From IMG/VR virus record IMGVR_UViG_3300028886_000029, positions 238,007-302,006 of that record: DNA of 64,000 nucleotides. One strand, 5' to 3'. Each line of letters opens with the position of its first letter. Position 1 is the stretch's first letter. Shown here piece by piece: positions 40,235 through 49,889 of the stretch. This DNA comes from a virus (lineage: Duplodnaviria; Heunggongvirae; Uroviricota; Caudoviricetes). The notes below the pieces were generated by a model. It was not told where the DNA came from and made no database searches. It worked only from the letters and a program-made list of their open reading frames with translations. Made by a program: the position numbers and the translations under genes.

Positions 40235-41800
40235 ATGAAATATTTACACGAATTTGATACAGTCAATGACTATAATGAAATGAGATTTGGTGAGGAATAT
40301 GAAGAACCATGGGTTAGTCTCACCAATGAAAACACTAAAGTTAATTATAATATGACTGAGGAAGAAAAAAGACAAAAACCTCTTACATTTGAAATAACGG
40401 GTAATGGTAATATTTATTGGAAAGCAAAATCAGGTACACCTGAAAGCGGTTTACGAACAATAGAATACAAAAAAAATAATGACGAATGGAAAACAATCAC
40501 ATCAAGCACTGGTGGTGTCTCTATCACGGTGTCGTCAGGTGATACGGTTCTTTTTAGAGCACCGCAAGGTGTTACATATACAACATTAAGCGACACATAT
40601 GAAAAAGCTAATTTTTTTAGTGGTTGTACTTGCGCTTTCAACGTTAAAGGTAATGTTATGTCACTGCTTAATGCAAATAATTTCAGCACGATGTCCTCGT
40701 TGACAGCTTCCTTGGTTTTTACTTGTTTGTTCAGGTATTGTACAGGTTTGACTGATGCAAGTAAACTTATTTTACCGGCAGACAATCTAACATTTCAATG
40801 TTATAGGGGAATGTTCGCAAATTGTTCAAACCTTGTTGGTGTGCCTAAACTACCTGCAATGAACCTCGGTAAAGGTTGTTACAACGGTATGTTCCAATAT
40901 TGTTACAAACTTACCGATGGTACTATGTTACCTGAACTACCTGCGACAACATTGGCAAGTAACTGTTATGATTTTATGTTTGCGTCTGACACTGGTTTAA
41001 CTGACGCAAGTGGGTTAGTATTACCTGCAACTACATTAGCAAGTAATTGTTATGCAAGTATGTTCTGGAAGTGTACAAGTCTAAGAACCGCACCTGAGTT
41101 ACCTGCGACAACATTGGCAAATAGTTGTTATTATCAAATGTTCCAAGGTTGTACAAGTCTCACCCAAGCACCTGAACTACCTGTTACGGCATTAACTGAC
41201 CATTGTTATTATCAAATGTTCCAAGGTTGTACAAGTCTCACCCAAGCACCTGAATTACCTGCAACAACATTGGCGAATAATTGTTATGAACTGATGTTCT
41301 CAGGCTGTACAAGTCTAACAACTGCACCTTCGTTACCTGCAACAACATTAGCATATGGTTGTTATAGTAGTATGTTCTATGGTTGTACAAACCTAACTAC
41401 AGCACCATCAATATTACCAGCAACAACATTAGCAGATAGTTGTTATGGTAGTATGTTCCAAAATTGTACAAGCTTAACAACTGCACCACAGTTACCTGCG
41501 ACAACATTAGCAAATAATTGTTATGAGTATATGTTCCAAAATTGTAGAAGTTTAACTACAGCACCGTCAATTTTACCTGCTACTACATTAATAGATTCAT
41601 GTTATCATGGTATGTTCTCAGGTTGTACAAGCCTTAACTATATTAAATGTCTTGCCACTAATATATCAGCAAGTAATTGTACCGTTAATTGGGTAAGTGG
41701 CGTTTCACGTACTGGTACATTTGTTAAAAACCCATCAATGACATCTTGGTCAACAGGTACAAATGGTATTCCGACAGGTTGGACAGTACAAGACGCTTAA
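40235..41800 (+). CDS. BspA/TpLRR-like leucine-rich repeat protein, paralog 1
   Basis: About 11 repeats of LPATTLAxxCYxxMFxGCTSLTxAPE; conserved N-terminal EPWVS module and C-terminal YIKCLAT...GIPTGWTV cap. Confidence 0.85.
   Translation: MKYLHEFDTVNDYNEMRFGEEYEEPWVSLTNENTKVNYNMTEEEKRQKPLTFEITGNGNIYWKAKSGTPESGLRTIEYKKNNDEWKTITSSTGGVSITVSSGDTVLFRAPQGVTYTTLSDTYEKANFFSGCTCAFNVKGNVMSLLNANNFSTMSSLTASLVFTCLFRYCTGLTDASKLILPADNLTFQCYRGMFANCSNLVGVPKLPAMNLGKGCYNGMFQYCYKLTDGTMLPELPATTLASNCYDFMFASDTGLTDASGLVLPATTLASNCYASMFWKCTSLRTAPELPATTLANSCYYQMFQGCTSLTQAPELPVTALTDHCYYQMFQGCTSLTQAPELPATTLANNCYELMFSGCTSLTTAPSLPATTLAYGCYSSMFYGCTNLTTAPSILPATTLADSCYGSMFQNCTSLTTAPQLPATTLANNCYEYMFQNCRSLTTAPSILPATTLIDSCYHGMFSGCTSLNYIKCLATNISASNCTVNWVSGVSRTGTFVKNPSMTSWSTGTNGIPTGWTVQDA
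41125..41254 (+). repeat. Exact 52-nt direct repeat at 78-nt spacing inside the LRR gene
   Basis: ttgttattatcaaatgttccaaggttgtacaagtctcacccaagcacctgaa at 41125 and 41203. Confidence 0.85.
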
Positions 41801-41823
41801 TATCAGTAAACTACTCATAAACA

Positions 41824-41855
41824 AAAAAAGAGACCCCCAAAAAGGTCTCTTTTTT
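41824..41855. terminator. Bidirectional terminator
   Basis: aaaaaagagacc...ggtctctttttt. Confidence 0.75.
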
Positions 41856-41875
41856 AATTATGTTGATTACCGATT

Positions 41876-43555
41876 TTATGGTTCAACTTCTTCGTCAGTC
41901 ACAGGCTCATGCATACCAGGAGCGACAGGTGTAACCGTGTTTTCAGGTACGACAGTGTAAACCTTCTTACCGTCCTCAACTGACTCAATCGCTTTATAGC
42001 CTTCGGCAACAAAACTTACAGGACCGCTTGGCTCACCGTAAGAGACCTCAGGGTTAAACTCATAGAATTTACCGCCATAAACATTAATCTTAGCAGTACC
42101 GCTTGTGTAATCGGAGTCATGACAGTTAAGCAAGAACTTAAGGTTACCGTTGGCATCCCTATCAGCGGTGTCGGCGTTCGTTAACTTAAACACACCATCA
42201 TAAACATTGATGACACCTTTTTCGGCATAAAGTGTATGTGTGCAACCCTCATATTCACCACCATGAATGTTTAATGTGGCACCTGTTGCCGCAACCCATA
42301 AACCATAGCCCTCACCTGTGTTCGCCATTTTACCGTCACCGTAGATGTCAATAGTAGGTGTTGTACCCCTAAGTAACATTATACCGTTTTTGTAACTGGT
42401 CTCAATCTTATGACCATTTAAGTTATACCTATAATTACCGTTTGTCAAAATACCAAAGGCAAGAGTTGTGTTACCGCTGTAGTCGGCTGTTAATGTGTAA
42501 ATACCAGGATTGTTAACCATTCTCTTGACCTCCACATCATCAGGAACCAACCACTCCATAGGCTCAATTGTTCCCTCACCCACAAACTCATCAACAAACT
42601 CAGTCACATCAGTACCATACACCTTGACATTACCTTGTTTCATAATCAACTTGTTAATGTGTGATGACGCTCTCATGACTAAAGTATCGTCTTTCACTGT
42701 TGCGGTAACCTCGTTCCATTTGTTACCTGATATTGTGACATCACCATTAGGGGCGTAAATCTCAACATCAGCGGAATCCTCATTAGCGCAAGCAGGTACA
42801 CTTAAAGTACCAGTTGTCATTGTCTGTATCATAACATCATCACCATAAATCATACCAGGAACAGAAACATTACCCTCAATGTTCTCATCAAATGTTATGG
42901 TTCCGCTAACTTCAGGCTTGGTTCCTGTCGTTGAAGCAATAGATTTGTTAGACCAGATATTGTTGAATTTACCACCAAGGTTAACATTACCGACAGAATC
43001 AATAACAATGTCAACAGGCTCCTCACTGGTGTTCACGATTGAAACAGTCTTAGGGCTGTGGTTGGTGATTGTCGCACCGTCAGCACATGCGCCTGTAATG
43101 TACAATGACTGTGTAACCTCCTCAGGTATTGTGATATTGTTTAATGTTTCACCCTCAGGTATTGTAATTTTAGTTGTGCTTGTCGCAGTGGTTATTTGGT
43201 CAACAATAGCGTTCGCAGTCGCATCTTGTGCCTCAGTGTTTGGTTTTTCCTCAGGTTTTGTGAAATCATGCTCAGGCTCAGGTTCTGGTGTGGGTTCAGG
43301 TTCTGGCTCAGGTTCTGGTTCTGGCTCAGGTTCAGGGGTGGGTTTTTCTTCAGCATCAATGGTTGCCACCAATTGTGCGCTCAAAACCTTCATTGAATCA
43401 ACACCATTTGCTGTAGGGTCAAAACCCTCAACAATGACCTCAGATTCTCCGGCGCAAACATCATCACCAGCCATTTCCATGACTTTGGGAATCATACCTT
43501 CAAATGCGGTTCCCTCTACAAAATCATATTCATTAAAATTGTGATTTATTTTCAT
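41876..43555 (-). CDS. Probable virion surface/decoration protein with Pro-Glu linker and beta-rich domain
   Basis: N-terminal domain of about 65 aa, a (PE)n linker, then a beta-helix-like region. Confidence 0.55.
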   Translation of the reverse strand: MKINHNFNEYDFVEGTAFEGMIPKVMEMAGDDVCAGESEVIVEGFDPTANGVDSMKVLSAQLVATIDAEEKPTPEPEPEPEPEPEPEPTPEPEPEHDFTKPEEKPNTEAQDATANAIVDQITTATSTTKITIPEGETLNNITIPEEVTQSLYITGACADGATITNHSPKTVSIVNTSEEPVDIVIDSVGNVNLGGKFNNIWSNKSIASTTGTKPEVSGTITFDENIEGNVSVPGMIYGDDVMIQTMTTGTLSVPACANEDSADVEIYAPNGDVTISGNKWNEVTATVKDDTLVMRASSHINKLIMKQGNVKVYGTDVTEFVDEFVGEGTIEPMEWLVPDDVEVKRMVNNPGIYTLTADYSGNTTLAFGILTNGNYRYNLNGHKIETSYKNGIMLLRGTTPTIDIYGDGKMANTGEGYGLWVAATGATLNIHGGEYEGCTHTLYAEKGVINVYDGVFKLTNADTADRDANGNLKFLLNCHDSDYTSGTAKINVYGGKFYEFNPEVSYGEPSGPVSFVAEGYKAIESVEDGKKVYTVVPENTVTPVAPGMHEPVTDEEVEP

Positions 43556-43576
43556 ATTGTTTTTATGTTTTTTTAA

Positions 43577-43780
43577 TTATTTTTCCGCAACTAATGTTCC
43601 GCTAATGGTCTTCATTGAATCAACACCGTTTGCTGTGGGGTCAAACGCCTCAACCACAACATCTGTCTGGCCAGTGCAAACATCATCACCAAGTCTTTCC
43701 ATAAGTCTTGGAATTAAACCCTCAAAGGATTTACCTTCTTTGAAGCCATATCTTTTCATCTCAACATTAACTTTCTCCAT
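43577..43780 (-). CDS. Stand-alone paralog of the N-terminal domain of 41876..43555
   Basis: FEG.IP..ME..GDDVC.G...V.VE.FDPTANGVDSMK is shared; late motif at 43813-43821. Confidence 0.75.
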   Translation of the reverse strand: MEKVNVEMKRYGFKEGKSFEGLIPRLMERLGDDVCTGQTDVVVEAFDPTANGVDSMKTISGTLVAEK

Positions 43781-43868
43781 GTTATCAATTGATTTAAATT
43801 GTTATTTTTATGATAAATAGTTAATATTTTAAGAAAATATAACAATTAAAGAAAAATATTAAAAAACA

Positions 43869-45192
43869 TTATGATGATATGTCTTGTACTGTCCAATTAG
43901 TTGGGATACCACTTGTACCAGTTGTCCATCCTGTCATTGATGGTGCTTTGATAAATGTTCCAGTTGATGAAACTCCGGTTACCCAATTACTTGTACAATT
44001 ACTTGCTGATATATTAGTGGCAAGACATTTAATATAATTTAATCTTGTACAACCTCTGAACATATTACTATAACAAAATTCTGCTAATGTTGTTGCAGGT
44101 AATTCAGGTGCTGTTGCTAAACTTGTACATCCTTCGAACATACTATCATAACAACTACCAACTAATGTAGTTGCTGGTAATATTGAAGGTGCTTGGGTTA
44201 ATGAAGTACAGCCACTGAACATATTATTATAACAATAATATGCTAAAGTAGTAGCCGGCAATTCAGGTGCTTGAACTAAACTTGTACATCCTTCGAACAT
44301 ACTATCATAACAATAATCTGCTAATGTAGTAGCAGGTAATTCAGGTGCTGTGGTAAGATTTGTACAACCATTAAACATATTACTATAACAACTCTGTGTT
44401 AAAGTAGTTGCTGGTAATTCAGGTGCTGTTGTTAATGACCAACAGTTAGTAAACATACTACTATAACAACCATTTTTTAATGTTGTTACAGGTAATTCAG
44501 GTGCTGTTGTTAATGACCAACAGTTAGTAAACATATTACCATAACAATAATTTGCTAATGTTGTTGCCGGTAATGCAGGTGCTGTTGTTAAACTTGTACA
44601 ACGCCAAAACATCATATTATAACAACCTTCTGCTAAAGTTGTGGCAGGTAAAACCAACTTACTTGCATCAGTCAAACCTGTACAATACCTAAATAAATTA
44701 TAAAATGTGTAAGCACTTGTTAATGTTGACAATTCACTAAAACCGGTACTGTTAATTAATGACATTATGTTTCCTTTAAGACTAAACGAACAACTTGTTC
44801 CACTAAAATGGTTATAATTATAATTATATGACATTGTTGCTTTATTTCCTCTGAATTGAACAGTATCACCACTGACAACGGGTATTGATGGTGCTGATGT
44901 ACCGGTTGTAGAGGTTATTTCTGTCCATTCACCATCATTTTTCTTATATTCCAACGTAACTGTATAGGCAGTGTTACTTGCTTTCCAAACAATATTACCG
45001 TCACCCGTTATCTCAAATGTCAATGGTGTTTGGTATAATAAAATCCCTTTCTTTTTCCTCTTCTGTTTTGTTAAACTTCACCTCTTCTTGTGTCTCATCA
45101 CTTAAAAATGATGTCCAAGGTTCAACATAATTAAACAGCCTATCGCTCTCAAAATTGTTTTTGTTTCTGTAATAATGTATGTACTTTCCCAT
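43869..45192 (-). pseudogene. BspA/TpLRR-like protein, paralog 2, split by a +1 frameshift near 45030-45060
   Basis: The ATG at 45192 encodes MGKYIHYY...EPWTS...EEEKERD (the paralog N-module) and stops at 45013; the LRR body continues in another frame (QTPLTFEI...) to 43869. Confidence 0.75.
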
Positions 45193-45248
45193 ATTTCTTT
45201 ACTTAAAGATTTATTTTAAATGACCACACCTAAAAAATAAAAAAGAAT

Positions 45249-45277
45249 AGTCAGATACCAATAAATAGTATCTGACT
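45249..45277 (-). repeat. Conserved palindrome, copy 3, with a compensatory change
   Basis: Minus strand agtcaGatactatt-t-attggtatCtgact; a T:A pair is replaced by G:C and there is one T:G pair. Confidence 0.85.
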
Positions 45278-45305
45278 AAACAAAAATTAAAATTAACAGA
45301 AAATT

Positions 45306-46022
45306 TTACGACATATGATGCCTTCTCAATATGTTTTGAGCGGTTCCTGACAATTCGGTATAATTCCTCACAAAAGCGATGTCATCAAATGACGCGTTTG
45401 TCATCGCAGCGTCTCTCTCCTCATCGGTTTTAAACCCACCGACAGTGTTGATGATTTTTGGATTGATATTTCTTGGTTTATCAAACATATGGTAAACACA
45501 AATTTTTTCGGGGTCAAATTGAAGCACATTGACAAGATAATCCTGTGCCTTAATATCCGTGCCCTGATAGTCACCGACTACAAACCGCACATCATCTGTT
45601 GTGTCAATGGCAAAATTGATTGATGTTTGGTAAAACCTCTCAAACTCATCATCAGTTATATCCCTGTGACCTGAAATGAAATATGTTTTTTGTCTGTAAT
45701 CCTCAGGGATTGTTGTTTTTTCATACTCCTCTTTCAACAACTCAATTGATTTGTCCCCGACTCTTTCGAACTCATACTTTGATTTAATCAGTTTGTTAAG
45801 TGTTTTTCCTTGCGAAGCGTCAGTTCCACCTGCGATTAAAAGGACATAATCAGACAAGGCGACTTCTTTGTATTTATATGTGGCTCCGTTTTTAAATGTG
45901 ACATACAAATCCACACAATTCCTGTCATCATACTCAACGGCTTCTGTGTAATAGAACATGGTACTGTCAAACCATGCTTTCTCCGTTTTTGCTTTCTCGT
46001 CGTAAATTTTTTTCAGTAACAT
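45306..46022 (-). CDS. KTSC-like domain fused to a SLOG (DprA/YspA-like) domain
   Basis: LYVTFKNGATYKYKEV...ASQGKTLNKLIK (KTSC); YFISGHRD...VVGDYQGTD...RDAAMT...SGTAQNI (SLOG). Confidence 0.6.
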   Translation of the reverse strand: MLLKKIYDEKAKTEKAWFDSTMFYYTEAVEYDDRNCVDLYVTFKNGATYKYKEVALSDYVLLIAGGTDASQGKTLNKLIKSKYEFERVGDKSIELLKEEYEKTTIPEDYRQKTYFISGHRDITDDEFERFYQTSINFAIDTTDDVRFVVGDYQGTDIKAQDYLVNVLQFDPEKICVYHMFDKPRNINPKIINTVGGFKTDEERDAAMTNASFDDIAFVRNYTELSGTAQNILRRHHMS

Positions 46023-46078
46023 AGTTGTTTTTTCTTTTTAAAATATATATATTTGGAAAAAAAATCAAGAGAAAATAG

Positions 46079-48625
46079 ATGGATAGAAGTAGTGAATTGA
46101 ACAACTTGTTTAGTTATATGTTGGATGTAGTGGCAAAGGACTATCCTACGACAACCATTAGTCCATATTATTTAATGCTTGCTATTTTGCAAGAAAAAAA
46201 ATCAAACGCATATTTCGGTTTACAGAACTGTTTGACAACACAATCGTTAAACGCTATAGAGACGACACTTAACACCTATTTGTCAACCAAGGCACTTGTC
46301 GCCGTTAAACCAGGTAGAGAAATCACATATGATGACGCGTTCAATAGAATTGTTGCCAACGGTGTTGATGAGGCGGTTAAAGACGGTTCAAAGACACTTA
46401 ACAGCGAACACCTCATTTTAGGTATTCTAAGTAATGACAAACAAAACGACACAATAACAAAAATGTTAAGAAAAGCGGGGTTAATTTATAAAACCTTTGC
46501 TGAGAAAATCAAAAAGGAAAATAACACGCCGAATAATGTTGAAAGAAAAATAGTAATGACAATACCACCTAATGTAGACCCCACACAGATGCTTACAAAT
46601 ATGTTTGGGGGGGAAATACCTGAAAATGTGGCAAAAAGCATGGGGTTAAACCTAAACAAGAAACCAAAAACCAAGACACCTAACATTGATGAATTTTGTA
46701 CGGACTTGAACCATTTGGTTGAGACAGGTAACATAGACAAACTCATTGGTAGGGAAAATGAAACAGATGAGATAATCCGAATATTGGGTAGACGAAGAAA
46801 AAACAATGTTGTAATTGTTGGTCCTGAGGGTGCAGGAAAAACCGCGCTTGCTGAGAACCTTGCGTATAAGATTGTGGAAGGTAGCGTACCAAATTTTCTT
46901 CTTAACAAACACATTGTGTCACTTGACATGACTGCGTTAATCGCAGGTACAACTCTTAGAGGTATGTTTGAAGAGAGGGTTAAGGGTATAATTGATGAGA
47001 TGAAAGAATCAGACAATTATATTTTACTTATTGATAATATTGGTGCGGTACTTGCCGATAAAGGCAAAAACGACTATGACATAACTTCAATGTTGTCACA
47101 TTCCCTTGATAATGGGGAAATACAAGTAATTGGTACTTCAGATTATAAATCTTATAGGACGACATTTGATAAAAATCCGTCCTTGTCAAGAAAGTTTCAG
47201 AAAATGAACATTGATTCACCGTCAATTGAAGAATCAATCGAAATACTTAACGGTATTAAAAAATACTATGAGGACTATCATAAAGTAAAATATACCGATA
47301 AGGCCATTGACAGTTGTGTGAACCTTGCTGTTAAATATATTCCAGAAAGGAACCTTCCTGATTCAGCGATTGACCTTATGGATGAGTCTGGTGCTGTTGT
47401 CGGCACAAAGGCCGACAATAATCCTGAAGTGAATAAGGTTATGGACGAAATCAAAACAACCCAAAAGGAGATTGTCACCAACAAAAATAATGAGAACTTT
47501 GATGTCGCTGATGAGTTGGAAAACAAACTTAAAGGTTTGCGCGACAAACAAAATAAATTGGAAAAACAATTTAAGGAATACAGGAAAAACTATCCTTCAA
47601 CTGTTGACGAAAATGTCATACTTGAAATCGTGTCGAAGAAAACCGGTATTCCGGTTAACAAATTGACAACCGATGACAAAATTAAAATGTTGACCATAAA
47701 CGACAGGCTTAAAGAAGAAATTATTGGTCAAGATGATGCGATTGACACCATATGCAAATCACTTAAACGAAACAGAATCGGCTTGTCAAACAACAAATGT
47801 CTTTGCGCCTATATGTTAGTGGGTCAAACTGCGGTGGGAAAGACACTAACAGCCAAAATGTTGGCCAAAGAAATGTTTGGCGATGAACACGCTTTGATTA
47901 GATTTGACATGTCAGAATACCCTGATAAATCAGCGGTTAACAAACTTATCGGTTCTAACCCAGGATATATCGGTTATGAAGACGGTGGTTTACTTACCGA
48001 AGCCATAAAAAACAAAAAATATTGTGTGCTTCTGCTTGATGAGATTGAAAAGGCTGATAAGGATGTTTACAATATTTTCTTGCAAGTGTTGGATGAGGGT
48101 AGCCTTACCGATAACTCAGGTATGAAAGTTGATTTTAAGAATGTGATTGTGTTATTTACCTCCAACATTGGCGCAAAAACAGCGAATGACTTTAAGAAGG
48201 GTATCGGTTTTAATGAGGACATAAACAAAAACACCCATAAAATCTTGTCCAAGGAACTTAAAAATAAATTTCCCCCTGAGTTTATAAACAGACTTAATGG
48301 TGTTGTTTATTTTAACAATCTTACCGATGACAACCTTAAAGACATCATCAGGCTTGAACTTAAAAAGTCGCAAACAAGGATAAACAATATCGGTTATGAC
48401 ATTAAATATGATGATAACACAGTTGAACACATATTTAGTTTAATCGCACAGGAAAAGGAGTATGGGGCAAGAGCGATAATCAGAACAATACAGACTGAAA
48501 TTGAAGATAAAATAACTGATTTGCTACTCGAAAACGAATATCCTGAAAAATATGTATTTACTGTGGAAAGGGAAACATCAACAATAAATGGTGTAATAAT
48601 TAACAGTGAGTTAAAGATAAGTTAA
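46079..48625 (+). CDS. ClpB/ClpC-family AAA+ chaperone
   Basis: Clp N-domain; two AAA modules (GPEGAGKT, GQTAVGKT); RFDMSEY, GSNPGYIGYEDGGLLTE, LLDEIEKA. Confidence 0.93.
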   Translation: MDRSSELNNLFSYMLDVVAKDYPTTTISPYYLMLAILQEKKSNAYFGLQNCLTTQSLNAIETTLNTYLSTKALVAVKPGREITYDDAFNRIVANGVDEAVKDGSKTLNSEHLILGILSNDKQNDTITKMLRKAGLIYKTFAEKIKKENNTPNNVERKIVMTIPPNVDPTQMLTNMFGGEIPENVAKSMGLNLNKKPKTKTPNIDEFCTDLNHLVETGNIDKLIGRENETDEIIRILGRRRKNNVVIVGPEGAGKTALAENLAYKIVEGSVPNFLLNKHIVSLDMTALIAGTTLRGMFEERVKGIIDEMKESDNYILLIDNIGAVLADKGKNDYDITSMLSHSLDNGEIQVIGTSDYKSYRTTFDKNPSLSRKFQKMNIDSPSIEESIEILNGIKKYYEDYHKVKYTDKAIDSCVNLAVKYIPERNLPDSAIDLMDESGAVVGTKADNNPEVNKVMDEIKTTQKEIVTNKNNENFDVADELENKLKGLRDKQNKLEKQFKEYRKNYPSTVDENVILEIVSKKTGIPVNKLTTDDKIKMLTINDRLKEEIIGQDDAIDTICKSLKRNRIGLSNNKCLCAYMLVGQTAVGKTLTAKMLAKEMFGDEHALIRFDMSEYPDKSAVNKLIGSNPGYIGYEDGGLLTEAIKNKKYCVLLLDEIEKADKDVYNIFLQVLDEGSLTDNSGMKVDFKNVIVLFTSNIGAKTANDFKKGIGFNEDINKNTHKILSKELKNKFPPEFINRLNGVVYFNNLTDDNLKDIIRLELKKSQTRINNIGYDIKYDDNTVEHIFSLIAQEKEYGARAIIRTIQTEIEDKITDLLLENEYPEKYVFTVERETSTINGVIINSELKIS

Positions 48626-48630
48626 AAATC

Positions 48631-48660
48631 AAAGAGAGGTAAATGTTTACCTCTCTTTTT
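48631..48660. terminator. Bidirectional terminator
   Basis: aaagagaggtaaa-tg-tttacctctcttttt. Confidence 0.8.
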
Positions 48661-48667
48661 ATATATA

Positions 48668-49738
48668 CTAAGCATTAACCTTTGTCCAACCATTTGGAAT
48701 ACCACTTGTACCTGTTGACCAAGCGGTAGTTGATGGGGTGACAAATGTACCGGTTGAACTAACACTACTTGTCCAAGCATATGTACAATTACTTGCTGAT
48801 ATGTCAGTCGCAAGACATTTAATATAATTAAGTCTATTACACCTATTAAACATGCTTCTGTAACATTCATCTATTAATATTGTTGCAGGTAATTCAGGTG
48901 CAGTGGTAAGACTTGTACAATCACTGAACATATTTCTATAACAATAACTTGCCAATTCTACCGCAGGTAACTCTGGTGCTTGAGTTAAACTTGTACAACC
49001 TTTGAACATAAGATTATAACAACCTTCTGTTAATGTAGTTGCAGGTAATATTGAAGGTGCTGTAGTGAGACTTGTACAACCTTCGAACATATTACTATAA
49101 CATTTACTTGCTAATGTAGTCGCAGGTAATATTGATGGTGCTGTTTGTAATATATCACATTGTTTAAACATTACTGTATAACATTGCTCACCCACCTTTC
49201 TTGCCGGTAATAACAAATTACTTGCATCAGTAATTTTCGTTCTAATAAACATATTACGCAATGCGTTATTACCCAACTCAAATATTGTCGGAAAATTGGT
49301 TTTATTAATCAGTGACATAATATTACCTTTGGCCACATAAATAGCCGCATTATTGGTATTTGCTGTTGTTGGGTCAAACGAATTAAACCAGTCACCATTT
49401 GAGTATACCTCATTGTCACCCCTAAATTGAATTATGTCGCCTGTCGTTACGTCAATTACAGTGCCCCCTGTTGTTGATGTAATTGTTACCCAATCACCAT
49501 TGTTCTTTTTATAATCAATTGTTTTGGCGACACCACCTGCTTTGTTCAATCTCCAATATAATTTACCACCTCTTGTGATTTCAAATGTAAGCGGAGTTGA
49601 AATTTTTTTCTCATTTTCATTTTTATTGTAGTTCACTTTCTGGTTTTCAGTGACAAGTGACAGCCAAGGTTCAAGATAATTATAATTTCTTGTCACCCCA
49701 TATTCGTTTGTATTTTCAAAAAAATGTATGTATCTCAT
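48668..49738 (-). CDS. BspA/TpLRR-like leucine-rich repeat protein, paralog 3
   Basis: Same N-module (YIHFF...EPWLS...PLTFEI), about 5 repeats and the same C-cap. Confidence 0.85.
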   Translation of the reverse strand: MRYIHFFENTNEYGVTRNYNYLEPWLSLVTENQKVNYNKNENEKKISTPLTFEITRGGKLYWRLNKAGGVAKTIDYKKNNGDWVTITSTTGGTVIDVTTGDIIQFRGDNEVYSNGDWFNSFDPTTANTNNAAIYVAKGNIMSLINKTNFPTIFELGNNALRNMFIRTKITDASNLLLPARKVGEQCYTVMFKQCDILQTAPSILPATTLASKCYSNMFEGCTSLTTAPSILPATTLTEGCYNLMFKGCTSLTQAPELPAVELASYCYRNMFSDCTSLTTAPELPATILIDECYRSMFNRCNRLNYIKCLATDISASNCTYAWTSSVSSTGTFVTPSTTAWSTGTSGIPNGWTKVNA

Positions 49739-49773
49739 TTTTGTGTTTTTTTATAAAAATATGTCATAAACAT

Positions 49774-49802
49774 AGTCATATACTATTAAATAGTATACGA
49801 CT
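49774..49802 (-). repeat. Conserved palindrome, copy 4
   Basis: Minus strand agtcGtatactatt-t-aatagtatatgact (one G:T pair), 35 nt upstream of LRR paralog 3. Confidence 0.88.
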
Positions 49803-49889
49803 AAACAAAAATCAATTTTTGATTGAAAATTTCACCAAAAAAACATTTAATATTTTTATTAATTTTTTAATATTTATAAGAAAAAAATT

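Noticed and set aside
42879-43544. 221-aa plus-strand ORF with GS repeats, and similar antisense ORFs (e.g. 35905, 46486, 33806)
   Set aside because: These are antisense shadows of real genes; the GSGS run is the reverse frame of the PE linker.
40235-49738. Diversity-generating retroelement acting on the LRR genes
   Set aside because: No reverse transcriptase is present and I found no non-coding template repeat differing only at adenines. The repeats are in-frame coding units. A DGR elsewhere in the genome cannot be excluded.
27384-49802. Palindrome copies or LRR repeats as a CRISPR array
   Set aside because: The palindromes are kilobases apart with no repeat-spacer periodicity, the 78-nt periodicity is protein-coding, and there are no cas genes.
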